A DNA stretch of 63,999 bases, counting the filler, from Aduncisulcus paluster (lineage: Eukaryota): assembly GCA_024181965.1 (NCBI GenBank). It is 11 parts of 11 records of this genome, joined end to end, with 100 filler letters (N's around TTAATTAATTAA, not from the genome) between each part and the next. Parts side by side here need not be neighbours in the genome. Positions count along the whole stretch, not along the records: positions 1 to 16,610 come from BQXS01011501.1; 10 more parts are not named here. The stretch is one strand, 5' to 3'. Shown in pieces: positions 1 through 12,799 of this stretch. The notes below the pieces were generated by a model. That model did not search any database and had not been told where the DNA came from. It saw only the letters and a program-made list of their open reading frames with translations. Positions within the stretch are counted from its first letter, which is position 1. Each line of letters begins with the position of its first letter. The position numbers and the translations under genes are program-made.

Positions 1-660
1 GTTGCCCAAAAGAACTGGGTTGTCTACCCCAAGGCTGGATACCTTTACATGTATCAGCTTCTCTTCCAGAACTTGACTCTTGTTGATCTTAACAACATCC
101 ACCTCCAATACATCGGTGTTCAAGATGGTGGTGCCATGATGGTTGGAATGATCGGAACCAGTTCCGTGTACTACCCCTTCTGTGCCTCAACCGACGCTAA
201 TTGTACTTTCTATGTCCAAGGTACTGGAAACATTGACGTATACCAGCATGCAACATCCAATGATGCTTCTACCAATGTATTCAAGACCTACACATTCAAC
301 ACAACATCTAGAGCCACTCTCACTTTCGAGGATGGATTCTTGGGAACTGGAGGATGTATTCTGGCTGGAGACAATATTGATATTAACGATATTGAGACTA
401 ACGGTATCTCTGGATACTCTGTCAAGTCTACCTACTACTTGTGTAAGGATGTTTCTGCCGGTGATGGTCTTACTATTACTATCAATGCCAGCAAGAAGGT
501 TACTGGTAAGATTGAGATTGTTGCTGCTAATTCTGGCGTATTCGAAGCTACTACCTTTACTGAAGACAAATTTGACATTTTCAACCCCGATCACATGGAA
601 GCCGATTTCTTCGATGATACTTACAATGATCATGTTATCAATGTCAAGCCTACGGAGTAA
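1..660 (+). CDS. 3' part of an uncharacterised Thr/Asp/Gly-rich, probably beta-rich protein (5' partial)
   Basis: Frame is open from base 1 (VAQKNWVVYPKAGYLYM...) to TAA at 658-660. Codon usage is strongly biased (TAC/AAC/ACC/CTT). No family recognised. Confidence 0.7.
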   Translation, partial: VAQKNWVVYPKAGYLYMYQLLFQNLTLVDLNNIHLQYIGVQDGGAMMVGMIGTSSVYYPFCASTDANCTFYVQGTGNIDVYQHATSNDASTNVFKTYTFNTTSRATLTFEDGFLGTGGCILAGDNIDINDIETNGISGYSVKSTYYLCKDVSAGDGLTITINASKKVTGKIEIVAANSGVFEATTFTEDKFDIFNPDHMEADFFDDTYNDHVINVKPTE

Positions 661-1066
661 TTGGTGTGATTTTCGTTGTTAAAATACACCTATGGTTTGT
701 GGAATAACATGTATCTATGAACTATAGATTTGTTTGTATTGTTTGTATTGTTTTCATTCAACTAAGGTGATTGAGTTATCGAGTAAAATTTTATGTACAT
801 ATATTACTTGAAGCTTCCCTGAAATGTATCACTTCCCATGTTATTGGAGTTAGATTAGCCGTTCTCATTATAGCGCCGCTATATAGAAGCGGCGCTTCTT
901 GTCATTTCTTGTTTCACTTGAAATCTATGAGCTTTCCTCTTCTTTTTTTCAATCTTCTTGTTTCAAATCCACTAGAAACGAAAATAAAATTGATATTAAT
1001 CAATATTACCTTGTCCTTAGGAGGTAAATCAGAAAATCATATTTTTTCTTTGTCCAATAATTGTTG

Positions 1067-4000
1067 ATGGATATAATTGGGCTTAAGCGCCAAATTAGTT
1101 TCACAACTTATGGTTCTCAAGGGACAATTCATCCAACATCGTCCTTTTTGATTCAACGTGGTGAAATGCAAGAAGGTGGATCCTTCGATGAAGAAGAGGC
1201 GAGATATATCGAATCTCAAAATATTATATCAAAAGGGGGTCTTGGAATATGGGCAGGTGTCTTTACAAAATGTTGCCTTACTATATTGTGTTCTGTTCTG
1301 TTCCAACGTGTTCCTTATATTATTTCCCATTTGGGAGTGGGAATTACAACAGCAATGGTTTTATTTGTTTTCATTACAGTCCTTATTACGTCTTTTTCTC
1401 TCTCATCTTTGTCAAGTAACGGTAAAATCGGTGGTGGTGGGATATATAAGCTTATATCAAGATCTATCGGGCCAATTTGGGGGACAACAACGGGTACTCT
1501 TGTATATCTTGCCAACAGTCTCTCAATATCCCTTTTTGCTCATGGTTTTTCCGAAAGCGTCGTTGACATTTTTAAATTATCACTTACACAGAATCGAAAT
1601 TATGATATCCGTATAATCAGTATCTTTATAATATTGTTACTTTTAGGTATTGTCAATTTGGGAATTCAATGGATGTGGAAGATTGATGTTGTGTTTCTTC
1701 TCCTCACGATTGTGTCTATAATTTGTTGTGTGATTGCAATTGCCATTCCCCATGATACCATCGTTAGTTCTTCATATTTTGTCGATGAATTGAGTTCAAC
1801 CAATTCTCTTGCACTTCATTCATGTTTATTTTTTTCCTTATTGTTTGACTCAAAGTCAGACGATTCTGCACCTTTTTCTGAACATTATTTCAATATTTCC
1901 TCTCAAAAATACACCTTTTCCAATGATAATAATCTCATTTCCCCCAATATTACCTCGACAAATGCTGTGTTTGATTTTTCTTCCTTATCCGATGATTCCT
2001 TTCCTTCTTCCTCTTCTTTTTCGCCATCTTATTCCCCCTTTCCAGCATTCTTCAACCTTAATAATGAAAATAATGACAATTTTAGTTTATTTGAGGATAA
2101 TTCATTTTATTCTCAGTCTTTTTTGCATCATTTTGCATCTCTCTCGAAATCTCTCACGACTCTCTCAAATTCAAACGATTCTTTCCTCTCTCATTCTGCC
2201 TTAATGTCTTATTACTCATCTTCTTCTCAGTCTCATCTATTTTTGGATCCTTATTATTCGCCCTCTGAAACAACAGAAACCCCAGTCACCTCATCAACCT
2301 CATCTTCATCATTTCAATTTAGATCGTTTTTCTCATTATCTAATTTTAGAAAATCATTCAAACCCCCCTCTTCATCTGCCTCTACCTCTGGCTTTTCCAC
2401 CATTCTTTCCTCATTCCGATCATCCTTAGCCCTATTTTTACCTGCGGTTTCCCGCATCTCCCTCGGAACAACAATCTCTGGCTCTCTTAAGAATGCTCAA
2501 ATAGCCATTCCTCAGGGCACTCTCTTCTCCCTCCTTGGCGGATTGATTGTATATCTGGCTATAGTCTGGGTTTGTGGCCTTGGTGTTGATGTAGAAACAC
2601 TTATGTATCCTGATTCCAGCGATTCCTCGCTCACCTCTCTCACTTTCAAACGATTCTTTCCTCTCTCATTCTGCCTTAATGTCTTATTACTCATCTTCTT
2701 CTCAGTCTCATCTATTTTTGGATCCTTATTATTCGCCCTCTGAAACAACAGAAACCCCAGTCACCTCATCAACCTCATCTTCATCATTTCAATTTAGATC
2801 GTTTTTCTCATTATCTAATTTTAGAAAATCATTCAAACCCCCCTCTTCATCTGCCTCTACCTCTGGCTTTTCCAGAAATCTCTCACGACTCTCTCAAATT
2901 CAAACGATTCTTTCCTCTCTCATTCTGCCTTAATGTCTTATTACTCATCTTCTTCTCAGTCTCATCTATTTTTGGATCCTTATTATTCGCCCTCTGAAAC
3001 AACAGAAACCCCAGTCACCTCATCAACCTCATCTTCATCATTTCAATTTAGATCGTTTTTCTCATTATCTAATTTTAGAAAATCATTCAAACCCCCCTCT
3101 TCATCTGCCTCTACCTCTGGCTTTTCCACCATTCTTTCCTCATTCCGATCATCGCTCTCAAATTCAAACGATTCTTTCCTCTCTCATTCTGCCTTAATGT
3201 CTTATTACTCATCTTCTTCTCAGTCTCATCTATTTTTGGATCCTTATTATTCGCCCTCTGAAACAACAGAAACCCCAGTCACCTCATCAACCTCATCTTC
3301 ATCATTTCAATTTAGATCGTTTTTCTCATTATCTAATTTTAGAAAATCATTCAAACCCCCCTCTTCATCTGCCTCTACCTCTGGCTTTTCCACCATTCTT
3401 TCCTCATTCCGATCATCCTTAGCCCTATTTTTACCTGCGGTTTCCCGCATCTCCCTCGGAACAACAATCTCTGGCTCTCTTAAGAATGCTCAAATAGCCA
3501 TTCCTCAGGGCACTCTCTTCTCCCTCCTTGGCGGATTGATTGTATATCTGGCTATAGTCTGGGTTTGTGGCCTTGGTGTTGATGTAGAAACACTTATGTA
3601 TCCTGATTCCAGCGATTCCTCGCTCACCTCTCTCACTTTCAATCCCCTTAACTCATTCTCTTTCTTCATCGATGTTGCTCGGAGCCTGTGGAACAAAGGA
3701 GAAGATCCATCCGAGTTATCATCCTTTGGTTCCCTTGGGGATAATTTAACATCAGCAAGTGCCATCTTTGCCTTTTTGTTATACATCCTCGTCATTGTCG
3801 GGATTCTCCTCTCTTCACTCACATCTGCCCTTGTGTCTCTGTTCGGTGCTCCCAGGATGTTTTCTGTGCTAGTTAATGATGGTCTGATAAAGCTTATGCT
3901 GCCACTGGGTAGAGCAAGTGAGCCATTTGCATGCAAATCATGCCATAAAGAACAATCAATTGATGTTTCTAATCTAAAATCTGATACTTGTAAGGGTGTA

Positions 4001-7000
4001 GTCGATGCTCAGAACAACACAAAGCATGATGGCAAGCATGAATTTACAACGCCAGTCTCACCTGATAGCTTGGGCTTTGACACTGATAAAATCCCTCGTT
4101 CAAGTATGAATGTGAACGAAGGGCAAGAAATGCATGTTATTATCTCAGATGATTTATCTCTTCCAAATGATCAAACACTTATATCTGGTGATACGACAAT
4201 CGATGAACAACATTCAAGAAGCCATGTTCCACATCATCCCTGCTCCAGTTTGGATGTGGATAGCACGCGGGTTCAAGCCCCATCGGATCCTATTATTACC
4301 CAATCCCAATCTCCCCTCAGTTCGAGTCCCCGCGATCACCACATTATTCCTTCTCGTCAGCTCCATGTCATCAGCGATAAGACATCTCGAGTGTCTATTT
4401 CTTCGATTTCATCATTCTCCTCTGTTGAACATTCTCTAACAGCTGTGATTCCGACCCTCCCACCCCCAATTTCCACTGAAGTGATGCCAATTCTCCCGAC
4501 CAATGCAAATGAAGAAGGCGGAGAGGGACAACGTTTATCCACTCCACAATTCCTGATGGAACCTCGCAGAATGTATGTATTCACATGCATAATCAGTCTC
4601 ATAGGAGCTGCACTGGGCGACTCATCCTTCATATCTCCATTTCTTGCTGGCCTATCCCTATTCTCGTATGTTGTCGTGAACTCTGCGTGTTTTGTCATGC
4701 ATCATTGGAAACTTCCTGGTTTCAGACCTAAATTCCCTCTCTCGAACCGAGTTCTCAGCCTTGTTGGCATCCTGATGTGTGTATTGCTCTTTTTTCTCCT
4801 TCCCTTGTATTGTTCGCTCTCTGTTGTAATTATTGTAGTTGTGTTTATGTTTGTTGTAGATCAGCTCGTGAGGAGGAGAGAGAAAGAGTGGCTGCAGGAA
4901 ACGGAAGAAGAGGAGTGGCACGAGTGGAAACATGAAGAAAAGAAGAGGAGGAAGAGAGAAAAGGATCGCAATTATGTAACATTAACTGCCACAAACAGTC
5001 TCGATGATTTCAGAAGTCTTCAAGGATCTAGGAAACATTCAGACAGAAGTGAACATTCACACTCAAGGAGATCGAGGAAAGAGAAGGGGAACATTGAGGA
5101 AGATAGCAATGAGGCGTACAGTTCTTCCTCATTTACTTCTTATTCGGACTCTGACACCGATTCTGATTCTGACCACGATTCGGTTGTGTTGATGGCTCAA
5201 GGAGCTTCCATCCCTCCGAAAGTACCCACTCTGTTTGACTGGGGATATGTTCAGATTGCACGACTGCATACCATTGTGCTAAGATCTCTCAGAAAGCTCA
5301 CACATTTCTACAGGCATCGTAACCCCAAACTTTATCGTTTGCTACCATGTTGTTTGTCCGGATTTCCAACATTCAGACCATATCTCTCGCTATTCTGTGC
5401 CCATTTAAGTGCTTCCGCTCATAGTTCTTGCGTCCTAGCCGATGTTATACCGTTTTCTACCGATGATCTCGGTATTTCGTCTTCTCTTGGTCTCCATTCC
5501 CGATCTACTTCAGGTTCTTATAGCATTTCTCACAAACCACTCACTTCCGCCTTCACTGGTGCCTCTTCCTCTTCTTCCAGTTCCTCTCGTTTCAAAGCAC
5601 ATGGACAAATCGAGGACACCTCCTTCATATCGGCCATTGATGTCCTTCGCAGAGAGAAGAAGCGTGCTGAGTTCTTTTTGTTCAACTCTTCGACGCTTCC
5701 TGAGCTGAACAGAGCGTCATACTTGCCCATTCTGGCTTCTTCATTCACCGATGGGGTACGCCAGACCTTGATGAGGATCGAAACGATGCCATATCTGCTG
5801 AAACCTAACTGTGTGTGCATGGGATTTCCTTCAAATTGGGTATCTGAGATGCTAAAGGGAAAAGATGTGCGAAAAGAATATGGTAAGGAGTATTACTGGT
5901 CCCTCCATCCATGCGTTCGACTTAAGCTTCGATCATTTTTTTCCGCCATTCAAGATATTCTCATGCTTGATAAAGGGATAATCATCGTAAAAGGACTGAG
6001 TAAGTACTACTCGATCACTCCAACGGTGATGAAGAAACTCCGGATGAATGGAATGAAACGGAGCAAGAAAGAGTTGATTGAAGGTGAAAACCATTTCTTT
6101 TCTCGAATTCCTGGCGAACCCTTCGACGGTGATTATGATTTTGCTTCCATTGAATCTCGTGACACTCACACCTCTCTTCATGCTCCTGAAGACGATGTTC
6201 AATTCTTCAAGGCACAAGACAAGAAGTTCCGTCGTTCAATTGTTATTTCTCGTGATAAGAGTAAGGGGATCATTCCAGTTCTCCACACACCTGGCTCACG
6301 AGACGCTGTTTCTCTGCAAGCCAAATCTGCCAAAGGAATAGTGTCCCATCCAACTTCCTCCTCTTCCAAGAAGTCAAGGGATGGGCAACATCCTCCACCA
6401 ATGTCCATATCTTCCCCAGCATCCATAGTTATCCCCACATTGGAGCTACCACACTTTGATTATCACGACCACCCACCAACCAAAGCCCATACTTCAAGGG
6501 AGGCGCCATTCTTCAAGAGGAAACATTTACACACAAAGTCTTTAGAGTCTCCTTTTCTTCACCCTTCTCTCATGCGTTCAGAGTCTACACAAACACTTCC
6601 AAATGTCTTCCCAACCAGCAAAAAAGTTATTTCAAGGTCATATCGGGATAAAGACGACAGAGAAAGTGAGGAAGATGGCAGAGACGAAGATATTGAAGGT
6701 GGTGGAGAGAAGATCTTTGAGCAAGCCGATCACCACGAGAAGAAAACAACGATTAAATCCACCCCGATTCCTTTTACCAAACCGTCGGCCAAATATGGAA
6801 TGCCTCTCCCTAAATGTTACCAAGGAACACCGCAACAACGTGCTCTCCATCAACGAGAACAACTCCACCGTGGCAAACCGAAGCACAAGAGACGTGTTCA
6901 TGATTATCCGATTGGCTGCCATGATCACATTCGACTCCCATCACCCGCATCACCTATCCGCGGCAGGGTGGACACATATTTCTTGTGCGATGATGCAGGG

Positions 7001-8621
7001 TTTACTTTGTTATTCGCGGAGAATCTATGCCGATGTGAACGTTGGCAGTCATCCTTGCGCGTCATTAGTAACCTTGAGCATTGCAGAGAACTCATTCGAA
7101 GTCTCCGAGTGGATTGTTCTGTTCTTGAGATTGGAGAGTTAATTATGGATAGAAAAATGTGGGAGGCCATTAAGAAATCAAGGCTGGACAAGTCTGACAG
7201 TGTTTCAAAGCCTATGAAACCAATAGATAAAAGGAGAATCCATGGGAGACATCCAGATGAGTTTTCTTCAAAGTCGAAGGATGATAGAGCGGGGAGAGAG
7301 GAATCTGATACTGCTTTGCATGCATTGGATAAGGATTCTAAAGAGCACAAGATAATTAGTGGAATGCAAGAAAAGGTTGATACCAGGAAAATGTCAGACG
7401 AAGATAATGATTCTTCCATTGACAAAGAATTTGCTTATTTCTCTGCCTCCATGGTTGGAATATCCTCTTCTTTCACAATCACTAAGGATGAAAATCCACA
7501 TCAAGCCCCTTCTTCTCCTTCTTCTCATTCTAAAAATAGAACAACAGAAATAGAACATCACCATCCAACAATACCTGAAGTAGCCGGGCACCATCATGAG
7601 ATACTTTCCAAGATAAATATAGATAGCTCCAAAACGCGTGAATTTGATGAAGCAGATCTTTCGACCTTCCCCCTTCGGCAACGAATGTCTCCACAAGGTC
7701 TCCACAGCCGTGAGGATTCCCTTGATGTGAATGAACATGTTGCCGAGAAGACTCAGAAAGCCCTTAACTCATTCTCTTTCTTCANNNNNNNNNNNNNNNN
7801 NNNNTTCTTCTCATTCTAAAAATAGAACAACAGAAATAGAACATCACCATCCAACAATACCTGAAGTAGCCGGGCACCATCATGAGATACTTTCCAAGAT
7901 AAATATAGATAGCTCCAAAACGCGTGAATTTGATGAAGCAGATCTTTCGACCTTCCCCCTTCGGCAACGAATGTCTCCACAAGGTCTCCACAGCCGTGAG
8001 GATTCCCTTGATGTGAATGAACATGTTGCCGAGAAGACTCAGAAAGTTCAACTTTTGAAGATATTTGAACCCAGAGATGAGAAACACACATCAAAGAGAT
8101 CTAATCATCACCAAGCTGCTTCAGAATATAGTGATGAATGTTCGTTCAGTGATAGAGTTGTCACTGATGAAAGTATTGATGAGAGTGAGAGTGAGAAGAG
8201 AAGGCATTTAGAAATGCGAGCAGAGCATGTGGCAGCACTTCGCACGGCTCAACGTCAAGCAATTGCATCCCTTTTGTTCAATATTCCCTCACAATCTCGC
8301 CTAACATTTGGGACCCGCTCTCACCTTCTCTCCCTTACTCGCAGTGCTGATGATGACGTTCTCATATCTGCCTTTGAATCAGCATGTTGTATGACAGTAC
8401 CTCGTCATCTACACACTGTTACTGCTCGGTTGGTTCGTCTGTGTGCTGTCATCCAATCACATTCCCATGATGCCGCTGCCGTGGTCATCTCGCTCCCTCT
8501 TCCTCGTGAAACTCGTCCAATGGTAATCTATGTCGCATGGTTGGAAATGTTAAGTTCGATAAATTGCCCTGTCTTCTTTACTCGAGGTGGCGGAGAAGTT
8601 TGTCTATCGCTCGAAGCTTAA
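1067..8621 (+). CDS. SLC12-type cation-chloride cotransporter (APC superfamily) with long low-complexity insertions; broken in the assembly by duplications
   Basis: Motifs LGIWAGVF..C...I, SLSSLSSNGKIGGGGIYKLISRSIGP, SGSLKNAQIAIPQGTL, SLFGAPRMF, PGFRPKF and C-terminal SLPLPR...YVAWLEMLS...PVFFTRGG match SLC12. Deleting 2648-3640 (993 nt) and 7761-8046 joins ORFs 1061, 2933 and 7731 into one reading frame of about 2,100 aa. Confidence 0.9.
2146..3640 (+). repeat. Nested near-identical duplications inside the SLC12 gene
   Basis: The block AAACGATTCTTTCC...GGCTTTTCCA occurs four times. Back-jumps occur at about 2648, 2875 and 3155. Confidence 0.9.
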
Positions 8622-9126
8622 TTAATTAATTGGATTGGTTTCTGAAACCAAGAACTCATGTTGCTTACGACTAATAATAAACCCGTATTGATCCTGAGAA
8701 AGTCTCATCAATTTGCCATTACCTTGGCCGAATTTCGTTTCCCACTCCAATCTATGACATAATTTTCTGAATATATTCGAATTTGTATCTCCTTAAGATC
8801 TACAATAATAATAAGAAGAAGTTCCTAAACATTAGTCAAAATTCATCACAGAAGTTTCGATTCAAAGAGTTGTTGGAAAGGAGAGCGTACATCAAAAGTG
8901 TTATATTAACATATAATTAATTCATAGTTTTAATTTCAAATTACGACAACATATATAATAATAATTGTTATCTGAACGAAAAATACAAAATCTCATCATC
9001 AGGTGCTACAAAATATATTTTCATAATTCGTCAATAATAATACATTAAAAGAATGAAATATTCTCGATTTTCGAATTGTATTTATTTGATTTAATTAGAA
9101 ATTCAGATTCTATACGACTTTTTATC

Positions 9127-10742
9127 TTACTTTTTACCACAGGCAAAAATAGATCTCTTTGAGGCAGCAGTTGGAACATCAGAGAGCCAATCAAGTGGTT
9201 TTCTGTGCAATGATGTCATTGGCAATGTAATCTTTTCTTCTGATGTTTCTTTTACCACGACTACCAATTCTTCCGTAGCATCACAAGACACAACCTCAAC
9301 AAATTCTCCATCTTTCACACCATGAAGCTCTGGACCCTCAGTACACTCGAACATAAGTTGTTCTCCAGGGAGGAAACCAACCTTGGGAAGATGATGAACG
9401 TTGACGGGTTTATCCTTGCGTTTCTCAACATCTTTAAACTTGCTACAAAACATTCCAGTTGAAGTAAAAGCGCGGAGTTCTCCAATTTCAAGACGGTCTC
9501 CCCGGTTTACGGCGACAATATCACCGACACCAAAGACTTCATCTCCCTTGACAAAAACAAGCTCAATATCGTGAGTATTAACCTTTATGGTAACAAAACT
9601 ATCACCAACAATAAAAGTGACGGATAAAATGTCTTTATAACCAATAAATTGAACGACTCCGACGTATTGTGATGGAGATTCACCACTTTCGAATAGAGAT
9701 TGGACATCTTTATGAAGCTCACCCCAACCAAGTCTAGGAGTCTTAACTGTCTTCCTAAACCGAACTGTAGCACCAGCACAGAAAACAGGAGGACGTTTAT
9801 CGACGATTTGTTTAGGACCTACACTCACACGTTCGAGATCACGTACGTTACCTCTCCACCCGCGTTCCTGCTTGAAATAGACTAAAACATCACCGTTACT
9901 ACCTTCACAGCTCTCGATACGACCCACACTACCTCCAGCATTGACTTTACCCCATCCATATTTGGGTGATGACACAGTTTCACGAACACGGACGTAATCT
10001 CCAACAGCGAAACATTGCTTGTTTTCACGTTCAAGGGCATCCTTGTTAGGTGTTGAAAATGCACTGCGGTGGAAGAAACGTGATATTGAAGAAGAGGGGA
10101 ATGAAGAAGGTAAGGGGAAGACTGAAGATACGGGTTTCGGGGAGTCAGTAATATAAACACGTTCAAGTTTTTCCATTTTTTCGTTCTTTTGTCTTGTTAC
10201 AATCTTGGAACATGATTCATCAGTGGTTTTAAAAGTGATATCCAAATTACCATCATCATCGATATTGTCAACTACACCAACGTCTCCAGGCTTAATAGAA
10301 GGACCATCAACCGTTGGAGTTTTGGGAGTCCTCAATAATTTAGAAGCAATGCTCCGACGATAACGACATAAATCTCCAACACCAAATACATGGTAAATTT
10401 CACGTTCTATACCAATAAAATAATTAAAATTATTAAAGAATCAAAATAAATATGATAATTTCGAAAATATGAATCCCAACAACGAATGCATGACAATAAA
10501 AGAAACATACGAGCTCCTGTCGAATGACGATCAAGAATTTTGTTAATAACAACCCTTTGAACATCTAATGGTTTGCATTTCCACTCTTTGAACGATTCAA
10601 AATCAACAATAAACTTGCCATCAGTGGAAACCTCTTTCAATATTCCAACCATTCCAGGTTGGACATAATCTCTTGGGCCAAATCCATAAGCTCCTGATGC
10701 ATCAGATTTGACACGAATATAATCACCAATAAATAACTTCAT
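9127..10742 (-). CDS. Tandem Mib/HERC2-like (KEG-type SH3-like) repeat protein, 2 exons, 503 aa
   Basis: Repeats such as FAVGDYVRVRETVSSPKYGWG...VGRI...VYF...WRG..RDLERV, IGDYIRVK...YGFG...VG...VDF...W and GATVRFR...PRLGWG. Splicing out 10510-10407 joins the two ORFs in frame (GA-Q-REIYHVFGVGD). Confidence 0.8.
10407..10510 (-). other. Spliceosomal intron, 104 nt
   Basis: GTATGT donor, TAG acceptor, AT-rich. Removal restores the frame. Confidence 0.85.
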
Positions 10743-11063
10743 GTTCACAAATTGCAGTTGAAAAATGTTAAGGCAGCGATTATTCGCTAATACTCAAGTT
10801 TAATTGACAAAATAAGACTTAAAAAAGAGAAATATCCACCGAATAATCATCATTATATTTTTTTTTTGTCTAAAACGAATTTAATTAAAACTTCTCAACA
10901 TCATCGGGATCTCTCCACATTCAAATGTAAATAAGATGATACCGAAGAAATTAACTGTTTGACATCAATTATTGACACATCTTTACTTTTTCAAACTCTG
11001 AGCTATGGGGATAGAAACTTGACAATATGGATCAGATCCGTAATCGAATAATAATGATACAAT

Positions 11064-12194
11064 TTAACGCGATGATGATGAAAACTTGGAGTAAAAATCA
11101 TCTGTGACCTTATTATCATATATTTCTTTCATCTTTTTGGCAGTTTGAGCCTGCTCTTCCTTCTGTTGCAATATCTGAGCCTGAAGATCCCTCGCATATT
11201 GCTTCTTTCTTTCGTGTATCTGGCTGGCGGTTCTTTCGAGTTGTTCTTCCATGGAAATGGTTTGTTCAGCCCATTCTCTCTCACGACGCTTCTCCCTCTC
11301 ATCTGTTTGTTTTTTCTCCTCGATTTGTTTTAATTGAGCGTCACGAATGGCCTTCCTTTGGGTTTCAGTCATTCCCTTGAAATTGTATGGCACAGAACGC
11401 AAAGGATTGAGAGGTCTGACGGTGGTTTCATACCTTTCACACATCAAATCGGATTCCATCACATATTTCACGTGATCAGCCTCTTCTTTCTCCTTCTGCA
11501 ATTTATCATCAAGACGACGCTGGGCAGTCTCAATGGCAAGAGCTTCGTTGAACTCCCTCACACCTTCACGAACATGACGCCTGGCATGCTCATGCTCAGA
11601 AACAAAGCCTTGCATGTCTTCCAATTCCATTCTTTCACGATCGGCAACCTCTTTTTCATATCCCTTGCGTTGCCTTTCCTTTTCTTCTTTCTCTTCAATT
11701 TGGCGGGCAAGCCATATAGCCTGTTGCCGTTTCTGGAGCAGAGAACGTTGTTTAGATTTCAAATCTTCACCGCCAAATACTTGTCCGGAAGAAATTCCAA
11801 GAGTTTTATCATAATCTCCGTCACGAATAACTCTATCTTTCTGTAAAATCTTGGGATCGTAAATATCAAACTCTCTCCTGGTCTCTGGTGGAATTTGCTT
11901 GTTAAAACCATCAACTGAAGCTCTAACTGCCCTTCTTTTGTCCATATATTCGCGTTCATCAGCAGCATAAGCTTCAGACGCAGAAATCATGAGTTCATCG
12001 AATTGGCGATCAATCATTTTGTCTTCATCAGCTTTTTCTTTTTTGATTCTAACTTGTTGGTCCAAAGCATCTTTGTCTATTCCGATAATTCGGGTTTTTG
12101 GATCAAAAATTCTTTTCTTGCGTTCTTCTTCACGCTTTCTCCGTGCTTCTATCATACGTTGAACCTTTTCTTCTTCTTTTGTTGTCGAAAACAT
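11064..12194 (-). CDS. RIB43A: RIB43A-like axonemal microtubule inner protein
   Basis: RRKREEERKKRIFDPKTRIIGIDKDALDQQV, RREFDIYDP, GISSGQVFGGEDL, FKGMT and C-terminal NKVTDDFYSKFSSSSR are RIB43A/RIBC family signatures. Confidence 0.92.
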   Translation of the reverse strand: MFSTTKEEEKVQRMIEARRKREEERKKRIFDPKTRIIGIDKDALDQQVRIKKEKADEDKMIDRQFDELMISASEAYAADEREYMDKRRAVRASVDGFNKQIPPETRREFDIYDPKILQKDRVIRDGDYDKTLGISSGQVFGGEDLKSKQRSLLQKRQQAIWLARQIEEKEEKERQRKGYEKEVADRERMELEDMQGFVSEHEHARRHVREGVREFNEALAIETAQRRLDDKLQKEKEEADHVKYVMESDLMCERYETTVRPLNPLRSVPYNFKGMTETQRKAIRDAQLKQIEEKKQTDEREKRREREWAEQTISMEEQLERTASQIHERKKQYARDLQAQILQQKEEQAQTAKKMKEIYDNKVTDDFYSKFSSSSR

Positions 12195-12314
12195 TTTAAA
12201 TAGTGGAAATGCAGTTATGGTATGTGCACAAAAGTTAAATTTCAATTGTCGTTTTTGAACGATGAAACGACGAAAATAATAACTCTGTGTTTCTTGCTAT
12301 TAAATAGCGAAAAT

Positions 12315-12799
12315 ATGAGCCGAGTATCAATTTCTCAAGGAAAAAGTGTTGCTGCTCGTATTTGGAATGAAGGTGGATATAATTGGATTGTTGCTACGGT
12401 TATTGATGTTCTAGATGATGGTAAGCAGTATGTTGGTTCTAATTTTTTGTTTTGATAAATAATCCATCAATTAATATTCAATCTTCGTTTTGTTTTTTGG
12501 TCCTATGTTCTAGATATAAAGTGAGTGATATTTTTTCTCCAGAGGCCGAAAGCACCGTATCTGGAGAAAATATAATTGCGTTTCCTCAAAAATATGATAG
12601 TTTTAAGCACGGGGAGATTGTTCTTGCATTGTGGTATGATTCTTCTGGCAATGAGTGGACAACCATGTTCTATCCTGCCATTGTCCTCGGAAATTATGAT
12701 TCTACATCCAAAATATTGAAATTAAGATATGCCGGTGATCCATCAATATGGTTTGTTCAACGGAATAGAATCATTAAAGTCCCTAAAATTCCCAAATAG
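12315..12799 (+). CDS. Minimal SGF29-like tandem Tudor protein, 2 exons, 132 aa
   Basis: G.SVAAR...WIVATV...YKVSDI...IIAFP...F.HGEIVLALW...TTMFYPAIV follows the SGF29 tandem Tudor pattern. Intron 12428-12513 restores the frame. Confidence 0.7.
12428..12513 (+). other. Spliceosomal intron, 86 nt
   Basis: CA|GTATGT...TTCTAG|A gives CAA TAT AAA, in frame with the downstream ORF. Confidence 0.85.
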
